From the IMG/VR virus record IMGVR_UViG_3300027884_000001: 64,000 bases of DNA, one strand, 5' to 3'. The position numbers and the translations under genes were made by a program. The notes under the pieces were generated by a model. That model ran no database searches. It saw only the letters and a program-made list of their open reading frames with translations, and was not told the origin of the DNA. The DNA comes from an uncultured virus (IMG/VR IMGVR_UViG_3300027884_000001) (lineage: Duplodnaviria; Heunggongvirae; Uroviricota; Caudoviricetes). Positions 1-10,477 of this stretch are shown piece by piece. How positions within the stretch are numbered: the first letter of the stretch is position 1; the number at the start of each line of letters is the position of its first letter.

Positions 1-36
1 AGCGCAACGGATCTCGGTTCGGACGGAGGTGTTCTC

Positions 37-1020
37 ATGGCACGCAAAGCAAGGGCAACGGTTCGGGCGGCAGCAGACAAGGCTCGCGAGGCGCTTCTGG
101 CGTCGGCGGGCAAGATCGACTCGGACGACGACCGTCTCGGCGACCTGGTCCTTTACGATCTGGTCCCTGGCTTCCGCAAGTCGGTCGGTGCGGTGTCCAA
201 GGTCTTCGAGGCGCACGGCATGGACCCGAAGGCGGTCCTGCCGATGCCGCCAGACTGGGGCGTCGCGTTTGGACGGGCGCTCGAGAAGGTGGGCGCGCGC
301 ATCCGTGTGCAGGGCTACAAGCTCATCCCGGCCAAGGACGGCCCCAAGGGCGAGCGCCGCATCGCGGTGGTCGCGGTCCACGCCAACAAGACCGTCACGA
401 CCGACGACTTGGCGACCATCTGCTGCCCTACGAGCAAGGACAACAAGCCGCCGTTCATCGAGCGCGGTGAGGTCCGTAAGGCGCGCACGCTCGCCTACGA
501 GGTCGTCAAGGAGACCAAAGGCCTCTACGAGGTCTACACGACCGACGACATCCGCGTGGCCGTCGTCGAGCACATCGATCGATGGTTCGGGCTGCCGCTC
601 CGGAAGCAGCCGCCGTACGTGGCCTACTGGGTCCCGGCGGCAGGTTCCAAGGAGATCCGCAACCTGCGAGCTGCGGTCGAGGAGTGCGGCGCGGGCGAGA
701 TCGAGCTGTTCACCGGCTACGGCAGCGACCGCGAGAGCAAGCGCGCGATCGTCAACACCGTCAACAAGGGGCTCGAGAGCCAGCTCAACGAGTTCAAGGC
801 CGACGTACAGACCTACCTCGACAAGGATGCGATCTCGACGCGCGTCTCGACGATGGAGGAGCTGATCGAGGAGTCCAAGCGGCTGCGTGAGCGCGCGGGC
901 CTGTACCGCAGCATCCTGGGCGCCGCGGTCGAGAGCGTCGATTCGCAGTACAAGGCGGTCGAGAAGAAGGTCAAGAAGCACCTCGGCATCGTCGAGGATG
1001 CGCACGCCGAGGTCGCGTGA
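37..1020 (+). CDS. Conserved phage/MGE protein, DUF6744-like
   Basis: 327-aa ORF with strong GC3 bias and GGAGG RBS. N-terminal 'LGDLVLYDL...FEAHGMD...LPMPP..AFGRA' pattern and helical C-terminus resemble DUF6744 as recalled. Confidence 0.55.
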   Translation: MARKARATVRAAADKAREALLASAGKIDSDDDRLGDLVLYDLVPGFRKSVGAVSKVFEAHGMDPKAVLPMPPDWGVAFGRALEKVGARIRVQGYKLIPAKDGPKGERRIAVVAVHANKTVTTDDLATICCPTSKDNKPPFIERGEVRKARTLAYEVVKETKGLYEVYTTDDIRVAVVEHIDRWFGLPLRKQPPYVAYWVPAAGSKEIRNLRAAVEECGAGEIELFTGYGSDRESKRAIVNTVNKGLESQLNEFKADVQTYLDKDAISTRVSTMEELIEESKRLRERAGLYRSILGAAVESVDSQYKAVEKKVKKHLGIVEDAHAEVA

Positions 1021-1240
1021 GCGACACGGCACGCAAGCGCTTCCATGTGTACGACCGCGAGGGGTTTCTCGCGGCGTACACGGACATGAAGGTCGCGTGT
1101 CGCCAGGCCGCGATCGGTGCGCACCGTCACCGCCAGGAGCGACACGTCTACAAGACGGGACCGTGCGCCGTATCGACGCTCGTGGCCATCTACAACACCC
1201 TGGGCCTCGACATCACCGCATCCGTGAAAGCGAGTCAGCG

Positions 1241-1804
1241 ATGAAAACGGTAGAAGTCGTACGCAAGCCGATCACGACGTACGTGTCCGACGTCGTCCCC
1301 GAGGTCGTCGGCGTCGGGGAGATGGCTGCGAGCACCATCGCCTGGGCAGACGCGAACCCTGTCGTCTGGAAGATCGTCATGGGAACGCGCTCGAAGGTGT
1401 TCGGGAAGAATGCGAGCGCGTACATGGGGTACGAGCGAGGCGACTCGTCGACCGCCGTTCTTGCTCGCGTTTCGTACCTGAAGGACGTAACCAGTGCGCC
1501 CGATACGACATCGCCGCATGAGACGCTCGGCGCGCTTCAACGTTGCCGAGTCATCCCGAACATCTTCGTCTGGCGCGCCCGCTTCACGATCCAGCACTAC
1601 ACTGACAAGGGCTTCAAGGGCGGTCTCTTCCAGCAGTTCGACGGGACGTACGACCGCGGCTCCATGTACCTCGACTACACGCCGAAGCTTCTCGACGAGG
1701 TCGTGAAGCACTTCCTCGAGTGGTGCGACCTCGGCTACAAGTTCCCGACGGCCGCCGTCAAACTCGACAAGAACGTCATCAAGACGTTCAAGGTGGCGCC
1801 GTGA
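1241..1804 (+). CDS. Hypothetical phage protein
   Basis: ATG at 1241 overlaps the upstream stop (ATGA); coding-like codon bias. Confidence 0.6.
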   Translation: MKTVEVVRKPITTYVSDVVPEVVGVGEMAASTIAWADANPVVWKIVMGTRSKVFGKNASAYMGYERGDSSTAVLARVSYLKDVTSAPDTTSPHETLGALQRCRVIPNIFVWRARFTIQHYTDKGFKGGLFQQFDGTYDRGSMYLDYTPKLLDEVVKHFLEWCDLGYKFPTAAVKLDKNVIKTFKVAP

Positions 1805-2457
1805 GCCGCGTTCGTCAGGTTCGCTGGGCTTGTCCTGCCGGCCATCCCGCCGTGCTCGGCCCCAGCAAGCCGCGTCGCATGTCGACGTGTCGCTACTGCC
1901 TCCTCTGCTCGTCGCATGCCGCGCAGCTTGTCGAGCGCACGGCGCCGGCCCTGGAGAGGCAGCGCGACGAGCGCGCGCAGAAGCTGGTCGCTCGGCGCGC
2001 AGCCAAGAAGCAGAAGACCGCAGAGCAGCTCGCTGCGTACTACACCGTGGTCGGCATCAACCTGCTCGACGAGATGCGTGCTGCGCTCAAGTGCGCCGTC
2101 TTCAAGGGCATGAAGGAGCCGACGCTCATCGTGCGCAACAGCACGCGCGGCACCTACGGGCGCGCCTGGTACAACAAGCACCAGATCCTGGTGAACCGCA
2201 TGCCAGGTCTGACGCCGAACGACGTGCGCGACACGCTGCTTCACGAGCTGGCTCACCTGAAGACTGGCCGCACGTCGCGTCGCGAGCACCACGGCGTCGC
2301 ATGGAAGACCAACTTCCGTCTGGCGTGCGAGCAGTTCCTGGGCGTGCGTCCGCGCGTGCACACGCGCTTCGGTGGCGAAGTCGAGCGCCTGCTGGAAGAG
2401 CGCGAGAAGTCGGCCGCGTCTGAGCAATCCAGCTCGCAGAACGGAGTCGAGTCGTGA
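1801..2457 (+). CDS. SprT-like zinc metalloprotease with N-terminal Cys cluster
   Basis: 'DTLLHELAH...EHHGVAWK' (HExxH plus HG..W SprT signature); GTGA overlap start. Confidence 0.75.
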   Translation: MSRVRQVRWACPAGHPAVLGPSKPRRMSTCRYCLLCSSHAAQLVERTAPALERQRDERAQKLVARRAAKKQKTAEQLAAYYTVVGINLLDEMRAALKCAVFKGMKEPTLIVRNSTRGTYGRAWYNKHQILVNRMPGLTPNDVRDTLLHELAHLKTGRTSRREHHGVAWKTNFRLACEQFLGVRPRVHTRFGGEVERLLEEREKSAASEQSSSQNGVES

Positions 2458-2789
2458 AGACCATCCGTGTCATCCACAAGCGCCCCTCGATGCTCGCCGA
2501 GGTGGTCGTCATCGACAACACGCTCGAAGCGTTGCGCGGGCTGCTCGATGGCGGCTACCTATGCGGCATCCGACTATCTCCCGATGTCCACGGTTACGTG
2601 GACGACGAAGGCCTTCTCAAAGAGCTGCCGATGAACTTCTTCCTGAACGGTACACCCATCGTTGGGCCCGCGATCTTCTCGAAGGCCGACGCGCGAGGCG
2701 ACGAGATCGGGTTCAAGAGCGACGAAGAAGCGTTGCTGGTCTGCTCGATGCTCAACAACGTGAAGAAACAAGGTGACCACCATGGCTAA
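2454..2789 (+). CDS. DUF3846-like protein
   Basis: 'IDNTLEALRGLLDGGY...YVDDEGLLKELPMN...IVGP' pattern. Confidence 0.7.
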   Translation: MKTIRVIHKRPSMLAEVVVIDNTLEALRGLLDGGYLCGIRLSPDVHGYVDDEGLLKELPMNFFLNGTPIVGPAIFSKADARGDEIGFKSDEEALLVCSMLNNVKKQGDHHG

Positions 2790-3027
2790 CGATCACGACC
2801 CCACAGAGAACATCCGCCGCATCCAGCAGGTCGTCAGCAACTCGCTGACCGACGCCGAGATCCCCGAGGAGACCTGGGACACAGACGCGCTGCAGCGCGA
2901 CTTCGTCGTGCTCGGATTCATGGCCCCGTACGTCGTCGTCCGGCGCAAGAGCGACAACAAGAAGGGCTCGCTCCAGTTCAGACACCACCCGCGCGTGTAC
3001 TTCGGATGGAAGGAGGACACGCGATGA
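2782..3027 (+). CDS. Hypothetical phage protein
   Basis: Overlapping small ORF in the operon; 'FVVLGFMAPYVVVRRKSD.KKGSLQF.H.PRVYF'. Confidence 0.6.
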   Translation: MANDHDPTENIRRIQQVVSNSLTDAEIPEETWDTDALQRDFVVLGFMAPYVVVRRKSDNKKGSLQFRHHPRVYFGWKEDTR

Positions 3028-3595
3028 GCAAGGTCCTCACCTGCGCCGATTGCGGCGAGGTTTACTACTCGAGCGTCCAGCACCTCTGTCCTGGCAAAAC
3101 GCTAGATCGACTCGCGGCGCTCGAGAAGCGATGCGCCACGCTGGAAGCTGTCGTCGATCACGTGGCCAAGAACACCGGCACGACCGTCGACGAGATCTTG
3201 CAACGCGCCGCTGAGGACGTGCCGTGAGCCAGGCCGGCATCACCCGCGCCGACAAGGTCGCGTACCTCGAGCTGCATGGTTGGGAGAAGCAGCCCCGCAA
3301 GCTCGGCGCGGCCAACCGGTGGCTCGATCCGGTGACCGACCTCAATTACCCGACAGAAGACGCCTACGAGCTGTGCAAGAACCGCGAGGAGCACGACGCC
3401 TCGCAGAAGAGGTCCCGATGAACGTCAAGCTTCACATGGTCCGCACCAAGCGCAGCGACGTGCTCTGCGTCGGCTGCGGCAACTTTGGCGCTGAACACGT
3501 TGCGCTCCTTGCTGATGGCCGCGAGACCGACTTCGGGGCCCATCGCAAGTGCGCTCCGATGCTGCACGTCAAGCGAGCGAGGAAGGTGGTGGAAC

Positions 3596-4201
3596 ATGCC
3601 GCCCAGTGAGTTCTCGTTATCAACACGCGAGGCCCGAGTCGCTGCGCTGAAAAAGATCGAAGCGCGACGACCGGAGATCTGGAAGGAGCTACTCAAGCAG
3701 CTCCGATCGTTCAACCCGTCGCAGAAGATCGCGTTCGAACGCGGAGACGGCACGAATTCTCATAGTCGCGACGTAGTCGTCGACGGCACCCGTGTGGGCG
3801 TTCGGCTCGACACCGAGCGCGTGGGTAGCGAGTACCACTCGAGACCTGGACGGTACTACTTCACCATCGGTCGATGGCGCCGTCACGTCAACCAGGCGCG
3901 CGCGATCGAGAAGAAGACTGGCTTCGACTGGGCTCGCATCGCGCAGCTCGTGGAAGCGGTCCGTCAGATCCAGATCGAGGACGCGGACTCCGAGGCTCGC
4001 CACAATAGCATCCGCGAGGCGCGTGAAGCGGAACTGAAGGCGCTGTACGAGCGTCGCCCCGAGCTTCGCGACGTCGCAGACTTCGCCGAGATCGCGCACG
4101 GCAACTTCACGGTCACACTGCGCAGCTTGACGATCGAACATCTGGAGTCGGCGCTCGATCTGGTCAGGCTCGTTCGATCGAAAGAAGAGGCCGAGACATG
4201 A
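3596..4201 (+). CDS. Hypothetical protein
   Basis: ORF in a chain of overlapping genes. Confidence 0.5.
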   Translation: MPPSEFSLSTREARVAALKKIEARRPEIWKELLKQLRSFNPSQKIAFERGDGTNSHSRDVVVDGTRVGVRLDTERVGSEYHSRPGRYYFTIGRWRRHVNQARAIEKKTGFDWARIAQLVEAVRQIQIEDADSEARHNSIREAREAELKALYERRPELRDVADFAEIAHGNFTVTLRSLTIEHLESALDLVRLVRSKEEAET

Positions 4202-4593
4202 GTGACGCCATCATCGACCTCCGTGACGGCCGGTACTTCGCTGCCATCGCGTTCGTCTACGGCGAGCAGCACCGAGACTATCTTGCGTCCGTCTGGCGCG
4301 ACAAGGACGGTCCGTGGACGATGACTTGTCGATTCCGCTACTACATCGACGACCGTGCTCACGATAGCGCCGACGAGAAGCGTGAGATGTGCGCTGTCGA
4401 CACGCACGACCGCACGGAAGAAGAAATGCTTCGCACGTTGCGCATCACTGTCGAGGCACTCGTGGCCGGAGGCTTCAATGACCGGCTTGACTGGCTCGAC
4501 GTCAAGTCCGACGACGCGATGGTCGTCTTCGAGAAGCTCGCGGCCAGACCGTGGGCTCACGTGCAACGCATGCCGGCGCAAGGCGACGCATGA
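4198..4593 (+). CDS. Hypothetical protein
   Basis: ATGA-coupled ORF with coding-like bias. Confidence 0.55.
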   Translation: MSDAIIDLRDGRYFAAIAFVYGEQHRDYLASVWRDKDGPWTMTCRFRYYIDDRAHDSADEKREMCAVDTHDRTEEEMLRTLRITVEALVAGGFNDRLDWLDVKSDDAMVVFEKLAARPWAHVQRMPAQGDA

Positions 4594-5298
4594 AGACCAC
4601 TGGCGACGCATTCGTGGACGTCCCGGCCAAGATCCTGGCAGCGTGGCTCGACGCCTGCCGCTGTCAGATGCGCGCCCAGCGCGAGCGAACACGCAAGACG
4701 TGGAAGTCCGCGGCGAAGGCGTGGGACGCGCTCACGCGGATGCACTCGCCGACGGAAGCCGACCGAATGATCTACCGGAGCCTCGCCGTGCAGGCGTGGC
4801 GCCGCGTGGCCCACTGGAGAGACGCATGAGCAAGAGGAAGAAGCGCGCGAGGTCAGTCCTCCGACTCGAGGACCTGCCCAATCCGGTCGCAATCGCTCAG
4901 CTCGACGCCGCTGCGGACGCCATCGCCAAGCAGATCGACAAGGAGCTTGGTGGCAAGCCTGGAACGGAAACCATTCGTTCGATTCTGCCAGCCAGCTTAC
5001 TGTTGATGGCCGTGCGTGAGTCGAAGCCTGGACCGATCACGATGCAGCTCGACGACGGTCCCGAAGTCGAAGTGCGCGCCGTCGACGTCGAGACCTTCGC
5101 GATGGGCATGATGGCGAAGTCGATGGGTGCGCTCATGAACGACATCTTGGCTAAGTCACCTACGAAGCTGCGGCTGTTCGACGGCACCGTGGTGCCCCCG
5201 ACGCCGGGAGCTTCTCAGGGGGGGTCTGAGAAGACATCCAGACGTAAGGGGCGGCGCAAGACTACCGCGAAGAAACGTTGAGCTGCTAGAACAAAGCC

Positions 5299-5817
5299 AT
5301 GCACCCCATCTACGCCGGAGCCGCGGAACACCACCTCAACGACGGGAGCAAACGACGCTTCACGCCGAGAGGACCGATGTACATCGTGCCCGGACGCGAC
5401 AGTGGACGCGGACGCGGTCGTAGCGCCGGTGAGGACGTTCAGGACTACGCCGTCGGCCTGTCCGCTCGACTCTTCGTGGGTCTCAACGTCGGACAGACGC
5501 CCACGTACACGATCGAACAGGTCGTGTCGGCGACACGGTCATGGCGCGAACGCAACAGGTCCCCCGTCGACTCGTCCTTCATCGCTCAGAAGGGCTTGTA
5601 CACGCCGGACGAAGGCGACGTCGTGGAAGAGAACAGCGTGCAGATCATCATCATCGATCTGCAGGGTCTGTCCGTGGCCGACTTCACGTCGGCAATTGTT
5701 GGGCTCGCGGCGTACTTGCGGAGCAAGTTCGACCAGAAGAGCGTCATCGTGGAGATCCAGAAAGCCGGCATCATCCAGCGCGTGCTGAATGTCACGGCGG
5801 AAACGACAAAAGCATGA
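5299..5817 (+). CDS. Phage S-adenosylmethionine lyase (SAMase), Svi3-3/T3-like
   Basis: 'SARLFVGLNVG..PTYTIE.VV...SF.AQ.G.YT...V.ENSVQIIIIDL.GLS..DFT......L...F.Q.SVIVEIQ' closely tracks the Svi3-3 SAM lyase sequence as I recall it, including the Tyr, Glu and Gln-x-x-V-x-V-Glu positions. Confidence 0.8.
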   Translation: MHPIYAGAAEHHLNDGSKRRFTPRGPMYIVPGRDSGRGRGRSAGEDVQDYAVGLSARLFVGLNVGQTPTYTIEQVVSATRSWRERNRSPVDSSFIAQKGLYTPDEGDVVEENSVQIIIIDLQGLSVADFTSAIVGLAAYLRSKFDQKSVIVEIQKAGIIQRVLNVTAETTKA

Positions 5818-7553
5818 AAGACGATCTCAAGCAGCTCATCGCGTCCAAGGCGCCTGCGTACGTCTCGGAAAAGCACCGCGTCGACGCCGTGCGCGCCGTC
5901 GAACGCGCCTGGTACGACAACGAGATGGAGCGCGGTCGACATCGGCACGTTGCTGCGCTGCTAGCCGTATCTGCCATCTTCGCCTGGGTCGCGTCGCCTA
6001 CCGGGCAGGAGCTGCTCGGCGAGTTGCTCCGCACAGGACTCGGACGGGTCCAGCTTGGATCTCACGAAGCGGCGCTGTTCTCGGACGGACGAATAGAGCT
6101 GTACGCATTCGCCAAGCAGTGGAGCCAGCGACGCACGTTCCGGAGCGTCGATGACTTCGCAGAGCAAACCGCTGTGAGTCCTACGCAGCACAACACGATC
6201 ACGTGCTTCGACCGACCAGCGATCGAGGTGGCGAAGCTCATCGCCGACGGTACCATCGTCGACCGCATTGCCGAACGGTTGAAGACGCCGTGAATCCTGT
6301 CCCCGGCTGCTGGTACCTCGAGACGACGTCGCTGTCGCGTATGTTCCTCAAGAGCGTCGATCGCGGTTACGCGTTTCTGAGCTTCGACGAGTACTCCGAG
6401 GGCGAGATCGTGTGGCCGCTGGTCGCGTTCGCGGCGCGCTTCAAGCTCTGCGAAGACCGGCGGTTCAGCTACAAGCTCGATCGCTGTCCAAACACATGCC
6501 CGATCTGCTTCAGTCCACACATCGAGCTTGCTGCGGACCGCGCCGTACAGATCGTAGGTCATGTGCGCGCGAAGCGCGACGCTCAGCTGCTAGCGAAAAA
6601 GCAACGCGCTGCGCGGGCGCGACTCAAGACGCGTCTGCCAGACATGGTGCAGGTCATCCAGACGAGGAAGGCGCGGTGAACGTGTATTCGAACGTCGACA
6701 TGGCGCTCCTCAACTCCGAGTGGCACGACGGCGAGTGTCCTACGTGTCGCGCGCGACGCACGCTCCTGGACGACGGCGCGCACAGTCCTGGCTGCGAGCA
6801 CGACCTGGCGCTCGCCGAACGCAGTTTCGGCACGCAGGCCGAGCGCGATGCCGCTCGCAAACGACTCATCACAGCGTCGGGGCCCACGTTGCCACCGCCG
6901 CCATCGACGGAGCCGGCGTGAGCAAGTGCCTCGTCTCCTGGTGCCCCGAACCGGGTCTCGACACCGGTCTGCTTCCCGGTCTCTGCATCGAACATCGCGA
7001 CCAGACGCTCGCTAAGCAGAAGGAAGCGCTCGAGAGCACCAGAAACGCAGCGCAGCATGTGCCGCAGCTGTCGAACGCTGGCATAGGTTGGTCGCGCATG
7101 AGCTTTCCGATGGGCGCGACCGCGGCGAGCATTCCGCCGGGCGCATTCACGGCGGCCGCCGATCACGCCAGAGACATGCGCCTCATCGAACAGATGCGGA
7201 CCGACTACGCGACCGCGTGCGTACACTGCGGCAAACGTGCGAAGGACGTGATGTCGCGCATGCCGGAGTTTGTCAAGAACGGCGTTCACTACTCGGTGCT
7301 CCCGAAGGAGACGATGCTCTGCATCGACTGCTGCGTGGCGATGCAAGACACGGCGCGCGTCCAGAGCGCCGGATCGATGTGCGCGCACTGCCGCCACGTC
7401 GGTGCCGATGTTCGTGTCCGTCCGCCCGCACATCGCGTGTACTCGCTGCACAAGATCGAGCCGTGGACCGCGGTCTGCGACGAGTGCTGCGTTCGTGCAG
7501 CTCGCACGCCTGTCGAGTAGCCAGCCAGCTCGCAGTTCGGTAGACTCGCGGTC

Positions 7554-8006
7554 GTGAGCTGCCCCTCGAACCCCCCTGCGCCAGCCGGCTATTCCGTGTG
7601 GAAGGGCTCCGTACCGCCGCCGCTGTCGTCCTGGGCCGTTCAGCTGCTGAAAACGGTCAACAAGGTGCCGTTCGGGCAGACGTGGACGCAGAACTACAAC
7701 GGCACGCTGGCGCTCGCGCGAAAAGATTTTCATACCTGGCATTACCAGCCAGACGGAACGCTGCTCACCAACATCTGCTGGCCAGGGATCACGCTCTACA
7801 AGCCGCTTCCGACGGGGTTTGCGACCGTCGACGACGTGACGAACATCGAAACGACGACGCCAGATCCTTCGCTCGCGGTCTACGACGCCCAACCGACCAA
7901 CTGGAGCCTCGTAGCCGTCAGCGCAGGCGCGATCCTGACCATCTCGGCGCTCTTCGCGCTCGCGATCAAGCACGCAGGGCGCGCTGCAGGCGGGAGCAAG
8001 CGATGA
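7554..8006 (+). CDS. Membrane-anchored protein (C-terminal TM helix), possibly virion-associated
   Basis: C-terminal 'WSLVAVSAGAILTISALFALAI' followed by a basic tail. Confidence 0.6.
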   Translation: MSCPSNPPAPAGYSVWKGSVPPPLSSWAVQLLKTVNKVPFGQTWTQNYNGTLALARKDFHTWHYQPDGTLLTNICWPGITLYKPLPTGFATVDDVTNIETTTPDPSLAVYDAQPTNWSLVAVSAGAILTISALFALAIKHAGRAAGGSKR

Positions 8007-8407
8007 ACAAGCCCACCATCGGCGTTGGAGCCACCACAACTTCGTCGAGCATCGTCCCCGGCCTCATCGCAGGTGGCGCTGTGCTCGTTGCTGTCGCCGC
8101 CGTCATCGCTCTGGCCACGCGAGACCGTCAGAAGACCGTCGAGGACGAGGCGATGGACGCGTTTCCGCCCCCGTACGGCCGCGCGAACACGCCTGCGCGC
8201 AAAATCCTGGCCTACAAGGCGTCCGCGGCACGCTGTTTCTACCGCGAGCTGCGCGACAACTACACGCCCGACGAGTCTAAGAGCATCGTGCAGCGTGCGA
8301 TCCGCAAGGATCGAGGCTGGTTGGGTGGCTTGGCGCGCGCGGGAGCGTCCGTTGGCGACGGTTGCGCGCAGCTACGGTCGCATACGCCGATGATCTACGG
8401 CCTGTAG
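8003..8407 (+). CDS. Single-TM hypothetical protein
   Basis: ATG at 8003 overlaps the upstream stop; TM 'IVPGLIAGGAVLVAVAAVIALA'. Confidence 0.55.
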   Translation: MNKPTIGVGATTTSSSIVPGLIAGGAVLVAVAAVIALATRDRQKTVEDEAMDAFPPPYGRANTPARKILAYKASAARCFYRELRDNYTPDESKSIVQRAIRKDRGWLGGLARAGASVGDGCAQLRSHTPMIYGL

Positions 8408-8607
8408 GCCGATCGAGGACTCATTCCTCGTCGAGCGCGGGCGACGCGAAGCCGTCCCAGTCGAAACGCAGCGCCCACGGGTCGTTCAGGCGCACACCGC
8501 TCTCGTCAGGCAGCTGCTCGATCGAGTCGAACAGATCGAACGTCGGCGGCGGCGACGGAATGGTCATGGAGCGGCCGGAAACGGCGCCGTGTCGTCGGGA
8601 TCGCGGC

Positions 8608-9050
8608 TCATGGCTTCGCCGACTTCACTACTTCGACTGTCGCAGGCACCGCAAGCGCCCCTACGGCGACCCCTGCGAGCGTTCCGAGCACCGGATGGGT
8701 CTTTTTCGCCACGAAGAAGCCCGTGATGCCGCCGAGGATGCCTCCGACGACCGCCACGCCCAGCTCGAACCGGTCCGTCGAGGTCATCACGCCCCCGTGG
8801 TGGTCACCGAGGTCGTCGTCGTGTTCTCGGGGGGAGCGGCCAGCGCTGCGCCCGCGAACGCTCCTGCGGCCGTTCCCACGAGCGCAGGCACCACGAGCGA
8901 AGCGACCGCGCTGCCGCTCTGCACGGGCTTGCCCTTGGTCAGCATGCCGCCCACGATCGAGCCAACGAACAGGCCCACGATGCTCCCCACGCCTGCCCAG
9001 GCGCCGGTTCCGAGCTTGGTCGACATGGCCTCGAGAATACCCGAGGCCAC
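8608..9050 (-). CDS. Two small Gly-rich two-TM membrane proteins (8787-9050 and 8608-8790)
   Basis: GxxxG-rich hydrophobic hairpins in both ORFs; overlapping start/stop. Confidence 0.55.
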
Positions 9051-9072
9051 TCGAGTCGTCTAGCCAGCTAGC

Positions 9073-9861
9073 TCACTGAGACTGAATTGCGGATCTCTCG
9101 CCAGGTTCAGGAAAATTCACACATGCGAACTCGCCGAACGCTTCACGTGCAGCCGCGTCGTAGGCTAAGGCCGCCTTTTCTGGTGTCGCGAAGCAACCGA
9201 GGTGCCTGTTTCTTCCAGAAACACGAATCGTCGCCTGCCACGGTCTCGGCCCAGGCGTCGGCCCCTTGTGCACGCCCTTGAACACAGACGTTCTCGCGCT
9301 TCTCTTCTTGCGAGCGTTCCAAACGTTCTGCGCCTGCGTCGCGACCCGCAGGTTTTGTCGCCGGTTGTCGGAAGTGTTCCCATTACGATGGTCGACCTTC
9401 ACGACAGGATCCGTGACTCCCATCACGAACCTGTGCAGCTGACGCGGGGAACCGTCACGACGGTAGTGTGACGGGGCACGATCCGGTACGTGTGTCCATG
9501 GTCGTGACGCTACGACCTCGAAGAGGTCTGCGTCGACGAGTGCGAACTGTCCGCGCGTCAGGGGAAGCCACCGCGCTCCGTCGACGGGCGGAGGCTCTGG
9601 CACGTTCCAACGATGTACCAATGCGTCGTTCGAGCACTTGCGTGAACAAAACGCTCGTTTTGCCGCGCCAGGTTTCGACGAATCGATCGCTTTGCCGCAT
9701 GCGCGACAGCTACCAACGCGACGCGCTTGCTGCGTCTGCCGGTAGTCGTACCAACATCGTGGCCGGCAGAACCGGCCCGTGGTCATCGGCTTCTTCCGAA
9801 ACTTGCCGCCGCATTGCACGCAGACGAGGAGCGGTCTGGCGTCAGCGAACGTCTGGTACAT
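9073..9861 (-). CDS. HNH homing endonuclease with C-terminal AP2 domain and N-terminal Cys-rich zinc ribbons
   Basis: 'VDHRNGNTSDNRRQNLRVAT..QN' (HNH_3); 'S.FKGV...WQATIRV.GRNRHLG.F.TPEKAALAYD.AA' (AP2); CxxC...FC..C repeats. Confidence 0.9.
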   Translation of the reverse strand: MYQTFADARPLLVCVQCGGKFRKKPMTTGRFCRPRCWYDYRQTQQARRVGSCRACGKAIDSSKPGAAKRAFCSRKCSNDALVHRWNVPEPPPVDGARWLPLTRGQFALVDADLFEVVASRPWTHVPDRAPSHYRRDGSPRQLHRFVMGVTDPVVKVDHRNGNTSDNRRQNLRVATQAQNVWNARKKRSARTSVFKGVHKGPTPGPRPWQATIRVSGRNRHLGCFATPEKAALAYDAAAREAFGEFACVNFPEPGERSAIQSQ

Positions 9862-10432
9862 CCACCATAGATTCTAGCGCGGCACGAGCTGCTTGCACAC
9901 GCTGGCGGACCTTTACTCGTGCCGGGTAGTAGACGCAGGATCCGGCCAGCCCTGCGAGCTTTTCGTCCGGTGGCAACGTCTTGCACGCGCCGGTGTTCAT
10001 CGATGAGACCGCGAGCGAGCGCCACACGAGCGCCGCCTGTGCAGGATCGAACGCGATGTCCTCAGAGGCAAACCACATCTGCCAGGCGCCGTGAGCCTTC
10101 CCATGGTCGCCTACAGCGCTCGCGTTGTTGCCTGACTCGTACGACGAGAACGTCGCCATGACGGCCGCGTCGAGCTTCCTGCTGCCCATGATGGCGCCGT
10201 TGGCCGTCGTCGCGATAGCCTCAGCGATGCGCCTGGCGTCCGGACCTTTGTCGTATCCGCCAGGATGATCGCAGCCCACGCCCTTTGGATGAAAAAGGCA
10301 CGCTTCCGACGGCAGCTTCGCCATCACGCCGACGATCTCGGCCGCCGTCGGAGCCGGATCGGATTCCGCGAAGACGGGCTCGATGTCGCAGACCATCAGA
10401 GCGAACGGCAGAGCTAGTATGAGCTTTTGCAT
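9842..10432 (-). CDS. Secreted lysozyme-fold / lytic transglycosylase-like protein
   Basis: Signal-like N-terminus MQKLILALPFAL; 'YESGNNASAVGDHGKAHGAWQM' matches the SLT ES...G..Q motifs. Confidence 0.6.
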   Translation of the reverse strand: MQKLILALPFALMVCDIEPVFAESDPAPTAAEIVGVMAKLPSEACLFHPKGVGCDHPGGYDKGPDARRIAEAIATTANGAIMGSRKLDAAVMATFSSYESGNNASAVGDHGKAHGAWQMWFASEDIAFDPAQAALVWRSLAVSSMNTGACKTLPPDEKLAGLAGSCVYYPARVKVRQRVQAARAALESMVDVPDVR

Positions 10433-10477
10433 CGGCCGGGTGTACCGCGGGTCCGAAGACGGGGTCAACCAAGCCCG

